Source: a virus | Virus record (IMG/VR): IMGVR_UViG_3300045988_166584 | Length of the DNA stretch: 61,427 nucleotides | Strand: one strand, 5' to 3' | Program-made: the position numbers and the translations under genes | In this document: in pieces, positions 1 through 9,157 of the stretch | Numbering within the stretch: position 1 is the first letter of the stretch | Layout: each line of letters opens with the position of its first letter | Notes under the pieces: generated by a model | The model's database searches: none | What the model was told of the DNA's origin: nothing | What the model saw: the letters and a program-made list of their open reading frames with translations, nothing else

Positions 1-79
1 AAGTTCCCCCGGAACTTAGGCTAATAACAGGAGATATTATGGTAAAAATGCATAAACTGACCAAGGGTGGACAAACCAT
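1..79 (+). repeat. Left arm of a 79-bp perfect inverted repeat (IR-L)
   Basis: Exact reverse complement of 5923-6001. It contains the palindrome AAGTTCC-CCC-GGAACTT (1-17), an AGGAG RBS and codons 1-14 of fibre A. Confidence 0.95.
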
Positions 80-119
80 TTATCCAGCTACCATTTATGA
101 CGCAGTGGTCAACCCCAAG
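1..119. repeat. Terminal direct overlap, identical to 61309-61427; circular closure of a 61,308-bp unit
   Basis: Read directly. The first 119 nt (aagttcccccggaactt...gtcaaccccaag) recur verbatim as the last 119 nt of the window. Confidence 0.95.
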
Positions 120-2147
120 ACACGAAAGAGTCTGACTACGGAAATTTCCGAATTAGAAAGTTCCTTAAACGGCGGCGATACCGGATATATCAATCTCAAT
201 ATCCATTCATGGGTAACAGGCCAGTGGACGGGAGAAGGATCATCATTGACTCATAATGATAACTCTTCTTATAAACGTAATACCGAGGTGAGTACTTTGA
301 TTAAAAGTGGTGCTATTTTAACAATGTATGAAGCTTCCGGAAAACAAGTGAAAATGAATGATTATGGCATAACATTCAAATTCAGGGGTTCCGCAAAAAA
401 CAAGGCGGAATGGAGCTGGTATGATTCCGGTAATGGTATTCTGATTGGAAATACTGATGCCGTTGAGATTTATATGACAGTTGAAACATCCAATGTGGAG
501 TTTTTGAACGGGTTTGTGATTAAGGGGGCTTACGTGAAAGGAGCCGAGGATAAAATCAGTGAACTGACAGAAAGTGTGGAGTCTTTGGAACAGTCAACAA
601 CCGACAATATAGAACACATTTTTAATATTGACGAATCGGTTAACGGTGGTAATGTTGGACGCATATATATTAATGAGGATGATCTGGTTACCGGACGCTG
701 GACAGGTGAGGGTAAGAATCTGAAAGCAGATTCAATGGAAGGATATTTGCGCACTAAAAATTTGTATGACATAACTTTGAAAGCCGGTGACTTGATTTCT
801 GTATATGACAAGGCTGGAAAACAAGTAAAAGCCAACAGTCTCGGACTGAATATGAAGTTCAAAAACTCAACTAATACATCATCCATCATCTCCTATCAGG
901 ACAGCGGTACTTATTACAAACTCACTGAGGATGCGATGCAAATGGCATTTTTTGGCACTTCGGAGGCAGTTGAGAAGATTACCGGTTACTATTTCAAGGG
1001 ATTTCGGATTAAAGGATTTGACGAAAAAATCAGTGATGTCAATGAGTCTATCCATAAGCATATTAATGATGTAAAAATCACTGATTTTTATCATTCTCTT
1101 AAGATACTTTTCATTGGTTCTTCCTTTGGGGTTGACACGATTAATTACGTTGGAGATATAGCGCATAGTTATAATTTTAATATTGTTATCGGCAACCTTT
1201 ATGTTGGCGCTTCTGGAATTAAGGATTATATAACATTTTACGAATCCGACCGCAAAATATCCTACTATAAGTGGAATTTGAATGCCATTGCCTGGGAGAA
1301 TGGCACCAGTACGGTAAAAGAAGCCTTGTCCGATGAAGCGTGGGATTTTGTGGTAATCCAGAACGGAGCATATCAATCCGCAGATGAGTCAACCTATTGG
1401 GATCAGGACGAGAAAGGGAATATTACCAAGAACTATGTGAATCTGTTTGCTGACATCATTGATAGATGTTGCCTGTTCTCGCATCCTGTAATCTGTTTCA
1501 ACATGACATGGGCGTACAGCGTATATCATACGCTTTCATCATCGCAAGGTTCGAAGGACAAGTGGCTGAGTTTCGGCATTAATCAAAAACAGAGGCAGCT
1601 GGGTATGTATACGGAATTGTGTCGCTTGGCTCAAAAGGTATTGCAACATTGCCCGGAAGTAAAATTCGTCATCCCTTCCGGAACAGCCGTACAAAATGCC
1701 AGAGGCACGTCTTTAAGGACCGACACGACCATACAGGGAGTTGTGTCTCAATCCAATCCGGAAACGGGCACTACTGTAACAACCGTGGTCCCAACCATAG
1801 AAGAGGCTGAATCAATGACTGACTTGAATCAGGCTGCGGTAGATTTTCCATTTATGGCCGGTAAGGATAATAATTTTATGAACTGGCATTATGGTACAGA
1901 TTTGAGCAGGGACTGTCTGCACATGACAGAAGGGATCGGAAGATATCTTGTAGGAGGAGCCTTATGGCAGATGATTGGTTATAAACTTAGTCGCTTAAAC
2001 TTTACAGGGAATACATACCGGACGACTAAGGAAGACAAAACGAATTACAGAATCATAGCGGTTACTGACAGAAGAGCTGATATCGCTCAAAAATGTGTGA
2101 TTGCCGCATTGGATAACCCGTATGGGGTTTCAGACATTATGGAATAA
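39..2147 (+). CDS. Tail fibre / receptor-binding protein A with a C-terminal SGNH-type (DUF4886-like) esterase domain
   Basis: 702-aa ORF. The first ~40 aa are almost identical to ORF 3336-5963. It has two internal tandem ~150-aa repeats (NGGDTGYINL... and NGGNVGRIYI...). The C-terminal half has SGNH-like blocks: ILFIGSSFGVDT and RDCLHMT (D-x-x-H). Confidence 0.7.
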   Translation: MVKMHKLTKGGQTIYPATIYDAVVNPKTRKSLTTEISELESSLNGGDTGYINLNIHSWVTGQWTGEGSSLTHNDNSSYKRNTEVSTLIKSGAILTMYEASGKQVKMNDYGITFKFRGSAKNKAEWSWYDSGNGILIGNTDAVEIYMTVETSNVEFLNGFVIKGAYVKGAEDKISELTESVESLEQSTTDNIEHIFNIDESVNGGNVGRIYINEDDLVTGRWTGEGKNLKADSMEGYLRTKNLYDITLKAGDLISVYDKAGKQVKANSLGLNMKFKNSTNTSSIISYQDSGTYYKLTEDAMQMAFFGTSEAVEKITGYYFKGFRIKGFDEKISDVNESIHKHINDVKITDFYHSLKILFIGSSFGVDTINYVGDIAHSYNFNIVIGNLYVGASGIKDYITFYESDRKISYYKWNLNAIAWENGTSTVKEALSDEAWDFVVIQNGAYQSADESTYWDQDEKGNITKNYVNLFADIIDRCCLFSHPVICFNMTWAYSVYHTLSSSQGSKDKWLSFGINQKQRQLGMYTELCRLAQKVLQHCPEVKFVIPSGTAVQNARGTSLRTDTTIQGVVSQSNPETGTTVTTVVPTIEEAESMTDLNQAAVDFPFMAGKDNNFMNWHYGTDLSRDCLHMTEGIGRYLVGGALWQMIGYKLSRLNFTGNTYRTTKEDKTNYRIIAVTDRRADIAQKCVIAALDNPYGVSDIME

Positions 2148-2368
2148 TATACTTATGATACGAGAATTAATCACCAAAATAATGAACCATCTGTCCGTAG
2201 AAGTGCATCCGGATGCAGAATGGTTCTAGAATGTTAAAGGGTGCACTCTTCAAGAGAGTCATCCTTTAAATAGTCATTGCTTTTTAAAAGCATTTATGCC
2301 AATAGATATAATTTTATGATCATATTTCATTATTTATTATATGCTTTATTAATTTTCAAATAAAGATG

Positions 2369-2376
2369 TACTTTTG
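2369..2376 (+). promoter_or_regulatory. Bacteroides-type -7 promoter box TACTTTTG for the DUF2971 gene
   Basis: Exact match to TAnnTTTG, 64 nt upstream of the ATG at 2440. Confidence 0.5.
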
Positions 2377-2439
2377 TATCTCAAAACTTCTTTTAGAAAA
2401 GAGGGTAAATATAGTTATAAATTAATATATAATGATAAT

Positions 2440-3234
2440 ATGAAATCAGATCAACAACATACAGACCGAAGCCGAACAAAGAATTCCGTTCTTTACAAGT
2501 ATCTTGATATTGAAGGAGCAAAAATGATGCTTTCAAATAGAACTCTCCAGTTTACTAATGCGATGCAATTCAACGATCCTTTCGACTGTGATCCCAATTT
2601 AATAGACTTCTCTAAAGTACCTTATGAAAGGTGTAAAACATGGACATCGGATATTATTGAATCGCTTGCATTTGACCAATATAGAAAGAATCGGGAGGAC
2701 GTTTGGGTATGCTGCTTGTCAAAAGTCTTTAATTCGTTATTGATGTGGGCTTATTATAATAATCATAGAGGAGTTTGTATCGGCTTGAATATGGAGAAAG
2801 TGGCTAAATATTTCGATGCATCACTTGGACAGATAGTTGATAAACATGCTCATGAAGTCCAATATCGTGATATTATTGAAAAACCGGATTACTTCCAAAA
2901 CGAAGAAGATTTCTTTCATTATCAAATGTGCACAAAAGCTAAAGTCTGGGAACATGAACAAGAAGCACGTATGTTTATTTTCAATCCTTTTCCATGGATT
3001 ATGTTACCTGACCCAAATAATAAAAGTGATCTAGTAGACTGGAAAGAGGTAAGAGCTTTTCCTAGAATTGGAGGAGAATGTTTTGAATCCATATATTTTG
3101 GGGTAAACATTAACGAAAAAGAAAGTGGATTAATCAAGATTGCTAAAAAACTAAATCCTGATATAAAAGTGTATCAAATGGAAAAAAACACGAATGCCTT
3201 TAAATTAGATGCAATCCATATAAATGATGAATAA
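2440..3234 (+). CDS. DUF2971-family protein (paralogue 1 of 3)
   Basis: N-terminal signature VLYKYLDIEGAKMMLSNRTLQFTNAMQFNDPFDCD. The ORF-track start (2374, TTG) overlaps the promoter box, so the first in-frame ATG at 2440 is preferred. Confidence 0.65.
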   Translation: MKSDQQHTDRSRTKNSVLYKYLDIEGAKMMLSNRTLQFTNAMQFNDPFDCDPNLIDFSKVPYERCKTWTSDIIESLAFDQYRKNREDVWVCCLSKVFNSLLMWAYYNNHRGVCIGLNMEKVAKYFDASLGQIVDKHAHEVQYRDIIEKPDYFQNEEDFFHYQMCTKAKVWEHEQEARMFIFNPFPWIMLPDPNNKSDLVDWKEVRAFPRIGGECFESIYFGVNINEKESGLIKIAKKLNPDIKVYQMEKNTNAFKLDAIHINDE

Positions 3235-3274
3235 TAAGTATAGTCTTCCACTTTTTGTCGTTTAAGTTGTTACC

Positions 3275-3308
3275 AACGGACTAACAGGATTTAATCTGCT
3301 AGTCCGTT
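3275..3308. terminator. Bidirectional hairpin terminator between convergent genes
   Basis: Perfect 9-bp stem aacggacta / tagtccgtt with a 16-nt loop, lying between stop 3234 (+) and stop 3336 (-). Confidence 0.5.
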
Positions 3309-3335
3309 CTTACAGCTTTCCGAGTTACTCTATTG

Positions 3336-5963
3336 TTATGGTAGATAATAATCCCCGGTTTCTATTCTTTCTCCCTCCACATAACCAAGTTCAAGCAAAG
3401 TATTCCACATTTTAGCAGCCCAAATATAGGATAATAAATTATTCTGATGAATTTTATCACTGCCGGGCCAAAAGAGTGTTTCATAATCCGATGCTGTATA
3501 TTGACCTTCTATAATACCCAACGCTTGTCCATCATAAACTGCTTGTCCTTGAGTATAAGCGCGAAGATTGATATATCTTGCACCAAAACATTTATTAGCT
3601 TGATAGACTAGCTGATTAGTTGTAAGGGACAAGGGCGTAGAACAGACAATATACTTCTCAGAAAAATTATTAGCCGATGAACTGACCATATTAGCCCAAT
3701 CTTCTTCTGACTCGTATCCATAATTCTGACCTGTAAACCATATATGAGGATAATCCTTGTCATCATACAATGCAGCGTCAAAAAACACATTGCCTACACC
3801 TATTTTTGTTTCTCTTCCTTCTTCCAACCTTGTAAATTCATACAATAAAGAGGTGGCTAAGCTGTCAAAATAAATTTTTCCTTGTTTTATAGGCAGCAGC
3901 TCACTGCACTTGAATAATTCAGAGTAATGATATTGTCCCTTACTATCTATATAGCCATCTCTTGTTGCATTAGTTTTAATGTCCACCGTATCTTCGTTTA
4001 TTGTAATATGTGGTTCTCCAACATTTGGATTATTTATTGTGAATGTATATTTTGTCGCAGTAGATGGAATTGAATGGGTGCCAGTCTCGGATAGACTTTT
4101 TATAAATGTGCCATTCTCTGTATAAAATGCTATACCAACAGCGTCAATGGCTTGCTTTGCCAAATTTCCTCTTATACCATTAATAACTACCTGTACGTTT
4201 TGCCCATCTGATATAGCAACATAAGGTGTGTCGTGATAAATTCCGTCACTTTTTATCCATGCGCTTTCTAAAGCACAAATAACAGGGCCTTTGGCTGGTA
4301 TAGTAAACTCACCTTTAACCCTTATACCTATACCTCCTGCCCTTGTTAAATTGCCAATAGTTTTTTCGCCACCTTGGCATCTTTGAATTAATTCATATCC
4401 TGTAAATTTAAATATATTATTAAGTTGTTTTATTATCAATGCACTATTATTACCACACAGTGAATCTCCTACTATAACAACTCTTTTAGGCTTAGGCTTT
4501 TCAGAAGAAATTCCTGCTTTATAAACAATGATACTTGGTTCTCCAACAGCAATAAATTCATTATCTGAAGTAGATTTTGTCTGTAATATAAGTTCTAATT
4601 TTGTATATTGAGAATAATCTGATGTGTTGATAGTTACTGGTCCTGTTCCGTTTGTTAATTCATAAATTACATTATCATCTCCATACAGTATAAAAGCTGA
4701 CAACCTATTTGTATTATTAGACAGACTACCATTATTAGATAGTCCTTTAATAGTAACTGTATCATAATTAGATATATCTAATTTATCTGTGCTCCATAAT
4801 TTTTGTATTGAATTATAACCTTGAGTTGTTCCGTTCGGTTGATTTGCCCCCGTAAGCCATCTTCTTTTATTCCAAGTAAAAGAATTAAATATATCTATAT
4901 TATCTGCTCCAGAAATTAAATAATTAATTTTTTCTATTTCTGTGGTATTAAATTCAACAGAATCAGATAAATTATTAAAATCTTCTCTTGAAGCTACAGA
5001 ACTATCCATTATGACTATAATACTTGAATCATTTTTTGGAATAAATTCATCATCTGAAGTTGATTCACATTGTAAAATTAATTCCAGCTTGGTATATTGG
5101 GAATAGTCTGATGTATTAATAATAGTTTCACCACTTGCATCTCTAATTCCTTTAACAAGGGTATTATCACCATAAATACATATACCATTTAATGCAGATG
5201 CACTTGTGCTTATGGATGAGCCATCTAATAATCCATCGCAAATAATACTATCATATTCTGAAATGTCAATCCTTGCATACCAAATTTTTTGAACAGCATT
5301 ATATCCCAACTCCCCGCCATTAGGTTGATTTGTTCCTGTTACCCATCTTTTTTTATTCCAAGTAAGGACACCTATGACATCTTTCTCCAACCCTTCTATT
5401 TTATTTATAGAAGATTGAATAGATATAAGTTCTTCAGGCTTAACTACTTTAGCTTTGCTGTTGGCAATAACAGAAGGAATTATAGAATTATCTTGTTTTG
5501 CTTGAATAATGATGTTAATATTGCTTCTGTCGGAATATTTATCCATATTAATAACCGCAGAACTACCCCTCAAATATTCTATTTGTTCGCTACCACTATA
5601 AATACTAATTGAAGGGAAAATATCAGAAACGTCTACTTTTTCTGATAGTCCTGACATTTTTAGAGTATCGTAATATCCTACATCTGTCAATTTGGTATGC
5701 TTATAATTTTGTTTTTGAATACTATTACCCGCAGACGAATTTGTTTCCCAATCCCATGTGCCATCTATCCATACTGTATTTTCTGTTATAAGATCTTTAT
5801 CTATAGAGCCTTCTATTTGTGTCTTTAAATAAATTTCCTCATTTTCTAACTCTGAAAGTTCCGTAGTCAGACTTTTTCGTGTATTGGGGTTGACCACCGC
5901 ATCATAGATGGTAGCCGGGAATATGGTTTGTCCACCCTTGGTCAGTTTATGCATTTTTACCAT
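3336..5963 (-). CDS. Tail fibre / receptor-binding protein B with a GDSL/SGNH esterase domain
   Basis: 875-aa ORF sharing the N-terminus MVKMHKLTKGGQTI. It has two tandem ~160-aa repeats (WNKKRWVTGTNQPNG... and WNKRRWLTGANQPNG...), the GDS block VVIVGDSLCGN and a C-terminal GSDKIHQ (D-x-x-H). Confidence 0.7.
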   Translation of the reverse strand: MVKMHKLTKGGQTIFPATIYDAVVNPNTRKSLTTELSELENEEIYLKTQIEGSIDKDLITENTVWIDGTWDWETNSSAGNSIQKQNYKHTKLTDVGYYDTLKMSGLSEKVDVSDIFPSISIYSGSEQIEYLRGSSAVINMDKYSDRSNINIIIQAKQDNSIIPSVIANSKAKVVKPEELISIQSSINKIEGLEKDVIGVLTWNKKRWVTGTNQPNGGELGYNAVQKIWYARIDISEYDSIICDGLLDGSSISTSASALNGICIYGDNTLVKGIRDASGETIINTSDYSQYTKLELILQCESTSDDEFIPKNDSSIIVIMDSSVASREDFNNLSDSVEFNTTEIEKINYLISGADNIDIFNSFTWNKRRWLTGANQPNGTTQGYNSIQKLWSTDKLDISNYDTVTIKGLSNNGSLSNNTNRLSAFILYGDDNVIYELTNGTGPVTINTSDYSQYTKLELILQTKSTSDNEFIAVGEPSIIVYKAGISSEKPKPKRVVIVGDSLCGNNSALIIKQLNNIFKFTGYELIQRCQGGEKTIGNLTRAGGIGIRVKGEFTIPAKGPVICALESAWIKSDGIYHDTPYVAISDGQNVQVVINGIRGNLAKQAIDAVGIAFYTENGTFIKSLSETGTHSIPSTATKYTFTINNPNVGEPHITINEDTVDIKTNATRDGYIDSKGQYHYSELFKCSELLPIKQGKIYFDSLATSLLYEFTRLEEGRETKIGVGNVFFDAALYDDKDYPHIWFTGQNYGYESEEDWANMVSSSANNFSEKYIVCSTPLSLTTNQLVYQANKCFGARYINLRAYTQGQAVYDGQALGIIEGQYTASDYETLFWPGSDKIHQNNLLSYIWAAKMWNTLLELGYVEGERIETGDYYLP

Positions 5964-6001
5964 AATATCTCCTGTTATTAGCCTAAGTTCCGGGGGAACT
6001 T
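5923..6001 (-). repeat. Right arm of the 79-bp perfect inverted repeat (IR-R)
   Basis: Exact reverse complement of 1-79. It contains the same palindrome (5985-6001), the RBS and codons 1-14 of fibre B. Confidence 0.95.
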
Positions 6002-6046
6002 AAGCTATCATTATTTTATGTAACTATTTATTTAACTATTAAATCA

Positions 6047-6502
6047 TTATTTCTCTTCCGGTGGCAGAGGAGGTACAAAATCACTCAGTACATCATCATA
6101 CTCCCTCTCTGACAGAGGGACGCTCTGCACCGCATTGTATGCGGCATAATCCGGATAGGAAATGATCTCCGCCGTGCTCTCATCCGTCTTTCCGGCAACG
6201 AGGATAACACCTGTATTCTCCACCGATACAAGATTGCAGATGCCATCGGCAAAATCAGCATCGGAAAGATAGTATTCGCGTTTGACCGACAGAGCACCGG
6301 GACGTAGTCCATGCCTGTCAAAAATGACCAACAGACCACCATCATCAAGCCTGTGGCAGTTCTTGTACCCGTGCCCGTCAAACTCCGCAACGACACACCC
6401 CGACAGGACTGTGCGGTAAGTAAACCGGAAGGGAGTATTTATATCTCCATTCAGGCTCTTCTCTATGATTTTAAAATCGGACTGATAATTAATTCTTATC
6501 AT
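6047..6502 (-). CDS. Hypothetical virion/tail-associated protein
   Basis: 151-aa ORF in line with the virion operon, directly upstream of fibre B. No recognisable motif. Confidence 0.5.
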   Translation of the reverse strand: MIRINYQSDFKIIEKSLNGDINTPFRFTYRTVLSGCVVAEFDGHGYKNCHRLDDGGLLVIFDRHGLRPGALSVKREYYLSDADFADGICNLVSVENTGVILVAGKTDESTAEIISYPDYAAYNAVQSVPLSEREYDDVLSDFVPPLPPEEK

Positions 6503-6507
6503 AACTC

Positions 6508-6846
6508 TTATAATATTGATGTTACATCGTCTATCTCCTCGGCTGTCAGGTATCCGTTCAAGTCAACACTTCCGCCACCTCCTGTCATGCCTGTAGGACT
6601 CCATTTCCCCTTTATCTTGCATTCATATATAGGGCCCGGTATGGTATCCCCCACAATAGCCCAGTCACCCACAACAGGAGATGGAACAGCCTCTTCCAGC
6701 AATTTAAGAGTAGAAAATAATCCCTTGTTGCGGATACCGTTCTGCTTGACCTTTTCTAGTTCGGTAGAAGTCTTACTAAAGTTGTTGTTAAGACGGTCTG
6801 CCGCCTCACTCCAAGTACCTGTCTTATTGATCGAATTCAGTTCCAT
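6508..6846 (-). CDS. Hypothetical virion/tail-associated protein
   Basis: 112-aa ORF tightly packed between 6848-9157 and 6047-6502. Confidence 0.5.
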   Translation of the reverse strand: MELNSINKTGTWSEAADRLNNNFSKTSTELEKVKQNGIRNKGLFSTLKLLEEAVPSPVVGDWAIVGDTIPGPIYECKIKGKWSPTGMTGGGGSVDLNGYLTAEEIDDVTSIL

Positions 6847-6847
6847 A

Positions 6848-9157
6848 TCACTTCTTTACTTTTAAAGTCCCGTTTGTCACGACTCCTTCTACTGTCTCAT
6901 ATTCCACATATACCTGACCTGACGAAACATCATCTTTCCCCGGCCAATTACTGCAATCAATATTGGCCACATGCTTATACACATTCACCCCGTTGTATAT
7001 CGGTTTCATCCCGACCAGCAGCATTTCGCCGTTGGAACCATAAAAGGATACGTTATTGGGATTAAGAATGATATCCGTATTTTCTACATAATTCTGTATT
7101 CTGATACGTTCCGGATATACAGTCGTTTCTAGTATCAATTGGTCCCCTGCATATTTCCGCAAAATCAAATCACCATATTCCCATCCGTCCGATGATGTGT
7201 CGAACCTTAATATCAAGGTGGCATGTCCTTCAGTCGTGTACATTTCAAGAGTATTTTTATCCGGATCAATGACAATGCGTTTCCCGTCAACAGATGTTTC
7301 TACTTTTCCGCGGAAAAATCCGCCCAAGGCTTCAACCACACCGCGGAACTTACCACCCAAGGCATAAATATAGCCACGCAGGAACGTATCGCCACCATGA
7401 GTGGCAACGAAGTTCGCCATATTCGCCCATTCTTCATCGGTGGGTTGATAATTCGGATCATTACGAAACCTCATCACGGTCAATATAGCCTGTTGTAACG
7501 TGCCACCTGCCCAAAATGCCACATCATCATCGTCATTGTATATGCCGCTAACTCCGGCTGTGACCTTCTGCATCTTGCCATCCTTGTAGTTGCCTAACTG
7601 GATCATATTGGCCAATATCAAACCGCCAAGGATGTCCACAGAACCATCCTTAATCGCGCTGGCGATATAATTGATTGACTGAAAACCGGCCATGGACTTG
7701 TCGTTATCAAGAATTGAAGGCTTCCAATCGGTGGCGATGGTCCCACGCTCTAGCTGAAGATCACAAACGGTTGCGGTACCACTGATAAGAAATATACCAC
7801 TGCCATTGAAGGTGATCTTATGGGTATATCTCTGATAAGAGGATGTGAGAGGTTGAGAAACACTGAAAGAACCGCACGAAACAGACACAGACGTACCCTT
7901 TGCTTTATAACTGATAACATAACTTTCTCCTTTAATCAATGATACGGACTGGGACAAACTACCGATTGCAGCAGAGTACCCGGAGCCGGCATCACTGTCC
8001 GCAGATACGGTAGCCACTCCCGTCCAATATTCCAGTTGCTTGCTAAAAAGTTCGGTATCCGCCGATAGCTCGGTAGCGGCAGACAGGTCCTCTGTCTCAT
8101 AATCTCCCGTAAACCCGGAATTACGCAACAGATTGACACTTCCGACAGCCGCATTGTCTATCGCATCCTTGGCCTCTTGGGCAAGATCAGCCGCCGCCTG
8201 TATCTCATCCGGCAGACCTTCCATATTACGCCATCCGGTGGAACCCTGCTCGATATGGAACATACCCTTGATATCAACACCGCCTTTTTGTGTATAACGG
8301 ATGTAAGTGCTCTCATCCTTGGCACCGATATAGGCATCACCATACACATTGATATAGGCGTGTCCGGTGGACTTGTCAAAGCCCAGCCCGATGACTTCTT
8401 TCCCGGCAAGGGCGAAAGAATTGATGCCTTGGTAAAAAATAATGGAAGGCGAAGTTTCATTAACAGAAGAAAGGATTATAGCTGCCTGACGAGTGATGTC
8501 CGTCAAGTGTCCCAAGCCAATAATATCATCACCGGCAACCGGGATATCACTGTCCTTGTCGGCATTGGTTTTGCTCAAGTCAATATAGTCAGATCCTACA
8601 CCTGTCACCTCACGCCAGTAGTAGCGGTTGGATACATTGTGAGATGTTCCTTCTTTAATGTTAAATTCTTGGGCTAATGCTAATGTACCGACTGTAAATT
8701 CGTTATTGATTGTAATACCATCGACTTCCGATAAGAAGAAACAGCGGTAGCTCTCATCAAGTTCCTCCACACGGACACACTTCATTCCGGCTGGAGATAA
8801 GATCTGCTCACCACCAACATGCGTCTTCTTTTTCACTTCAAGTTCATCAAAGACAGCCTTAATCTTCACATAAAGCCGGTCAACAACGGCTTGAGAGGTA
8901 CCATCTTCCAGTACAGTAATTCCACTACCGTTCTTACCAATCAAAAGACCTTTCAAAAAAGTGATCAGCTCATTAGCGATATCTTCTTTATCTTTACGAA
9001 GGAAGTATTTGGTGAGCTTTTCTAAATCGGAATTATCCATGTTTTCTAGAATCCCGATAAATATGCGCCCAATTCTTTCAGCTGTATTCTCTCCTTCTGC
9101 AGATGCGTTTCTTACTTGAAGAGCCAGTTTCTTTAATATGTCAACCGAATCGCTCAT
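6848..9157 (-). CDS. Large tail / host-specificity protein with a carbohydrate-binding-like module
   Basis: 769-aa ORF. The segment NLLRNSGFTGDYE...LQLERGTIATDWKPS resembles the jelly-roll sugar-binding modules common in phage fibre proteins. Position is consistent with a distal tail role. Confidence 0.5.
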   Translation of the reverse strand: MSDSVDILKKLALQVRNASAEGENTAERIGRIFIGILENMDNSDLEKLTKYFLRKDKEDIANELITFLKGLLIGKNGSGITVLEDGTSQAVVDRLYVKIKAVFDELEVKKKTHVGGEQILSPAGMKCVRVEELDESYRCFFLSEVDGITINNEFTVGTLALAQEFNIKEGTSHNVSNRYYWREVTGVGSDYIDLSKTNADKDSDIPVAGDDIIGLGHLTDITRQAAIILSSVNETSPSIIFYQGINSFALAGKEVIGLGFDKSTGHAYINVYGDAYIGAKDESTYIRYTQKGGVDIKGMFHIEQGSTGWRNMEGLPDEIQAAADLAQEAKDAIDNAAVGSVNLLRNSGFTGDYETEDLSAATELSADTELFSKQLEYWTGVATVSADSDAGSGYSAAIGSLSQSVSLIKGESYVISYKAKGTSVSVSCGSFSVSQPLTSSYQRYTHKITFNGSGIFLISGTATVCDLQLERGTIATDWKPSILDNDKSMAGFQSINYIASAIKDGSVDILGGLILANMIQLGNYKDGKMQKVTAGVSGIYNDDDDVAFWAGGTLQQAILTVMRFRNDPNYQPTDEEWANMANFVATHGGDTFLRGYIYALGGKFRGVVEALGGFFRGKVETSVDGKRIVIDPDKNTLEMYTTEGHATLILRFDTSSDGWEYGDLILRKYAGDQLILETTVYPERIRIQNYVENTDIILNPNNVSFYGSNGEMLLVGMKPIYNGVNVYKHVANIDCSNWPGKDDVSSGQVYVEYETVEGVVTNGTLKVKK

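Noticed and set aside
1-119. The terminal repeats as attL/attR or LTR-like ends of an integrated element
   Set aside because: The repeat contains a promoter-distal leader and the 5' part of a structural gene. There is no flanking host sequence, and the att-like site lies internally next to int. Circular closure is the simpler reading.
2155-2229. 24-codon ORF and the palindrome GCATCC-GGATGC downstream of fibre A
   Set aside because: The ORF is too short and lacks context. The surrounding GAACCAT...ATGGTTC stem more plausibly acts as a transcript 3' structure or terminator for fibre A. It is kept only as a note.
2374-2439. TTG start at 2374 for the first DUF2971 gene
   Set aside because: It coincides with the -7 promoter box (2369-2376), so it would lie upstream of the transcription start. 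The first in-frame ATG at 2440 is used instead.
39-5963. A diversity-generating retroelement acting on the fibre genes
   Set aside because: No reverse transcriptase ORF (no YxDD-type motif) occurs anywhere in the window. The internal repeats of the fibres are diverged tandem protein-domain duplications, not a template/variable repeat pair with adenine-specific differences.
6085-6865. ORFs 6085-6396 (-) and 6311-6865 (+) overlapping the 151-aa and 112-aa virion genes
   Set aside because: These are alternative-frame or antisense ORFs nested within better-supported, operon-phased genes. Their translations are Arg/Ser/Pro-rich and show no motifs.
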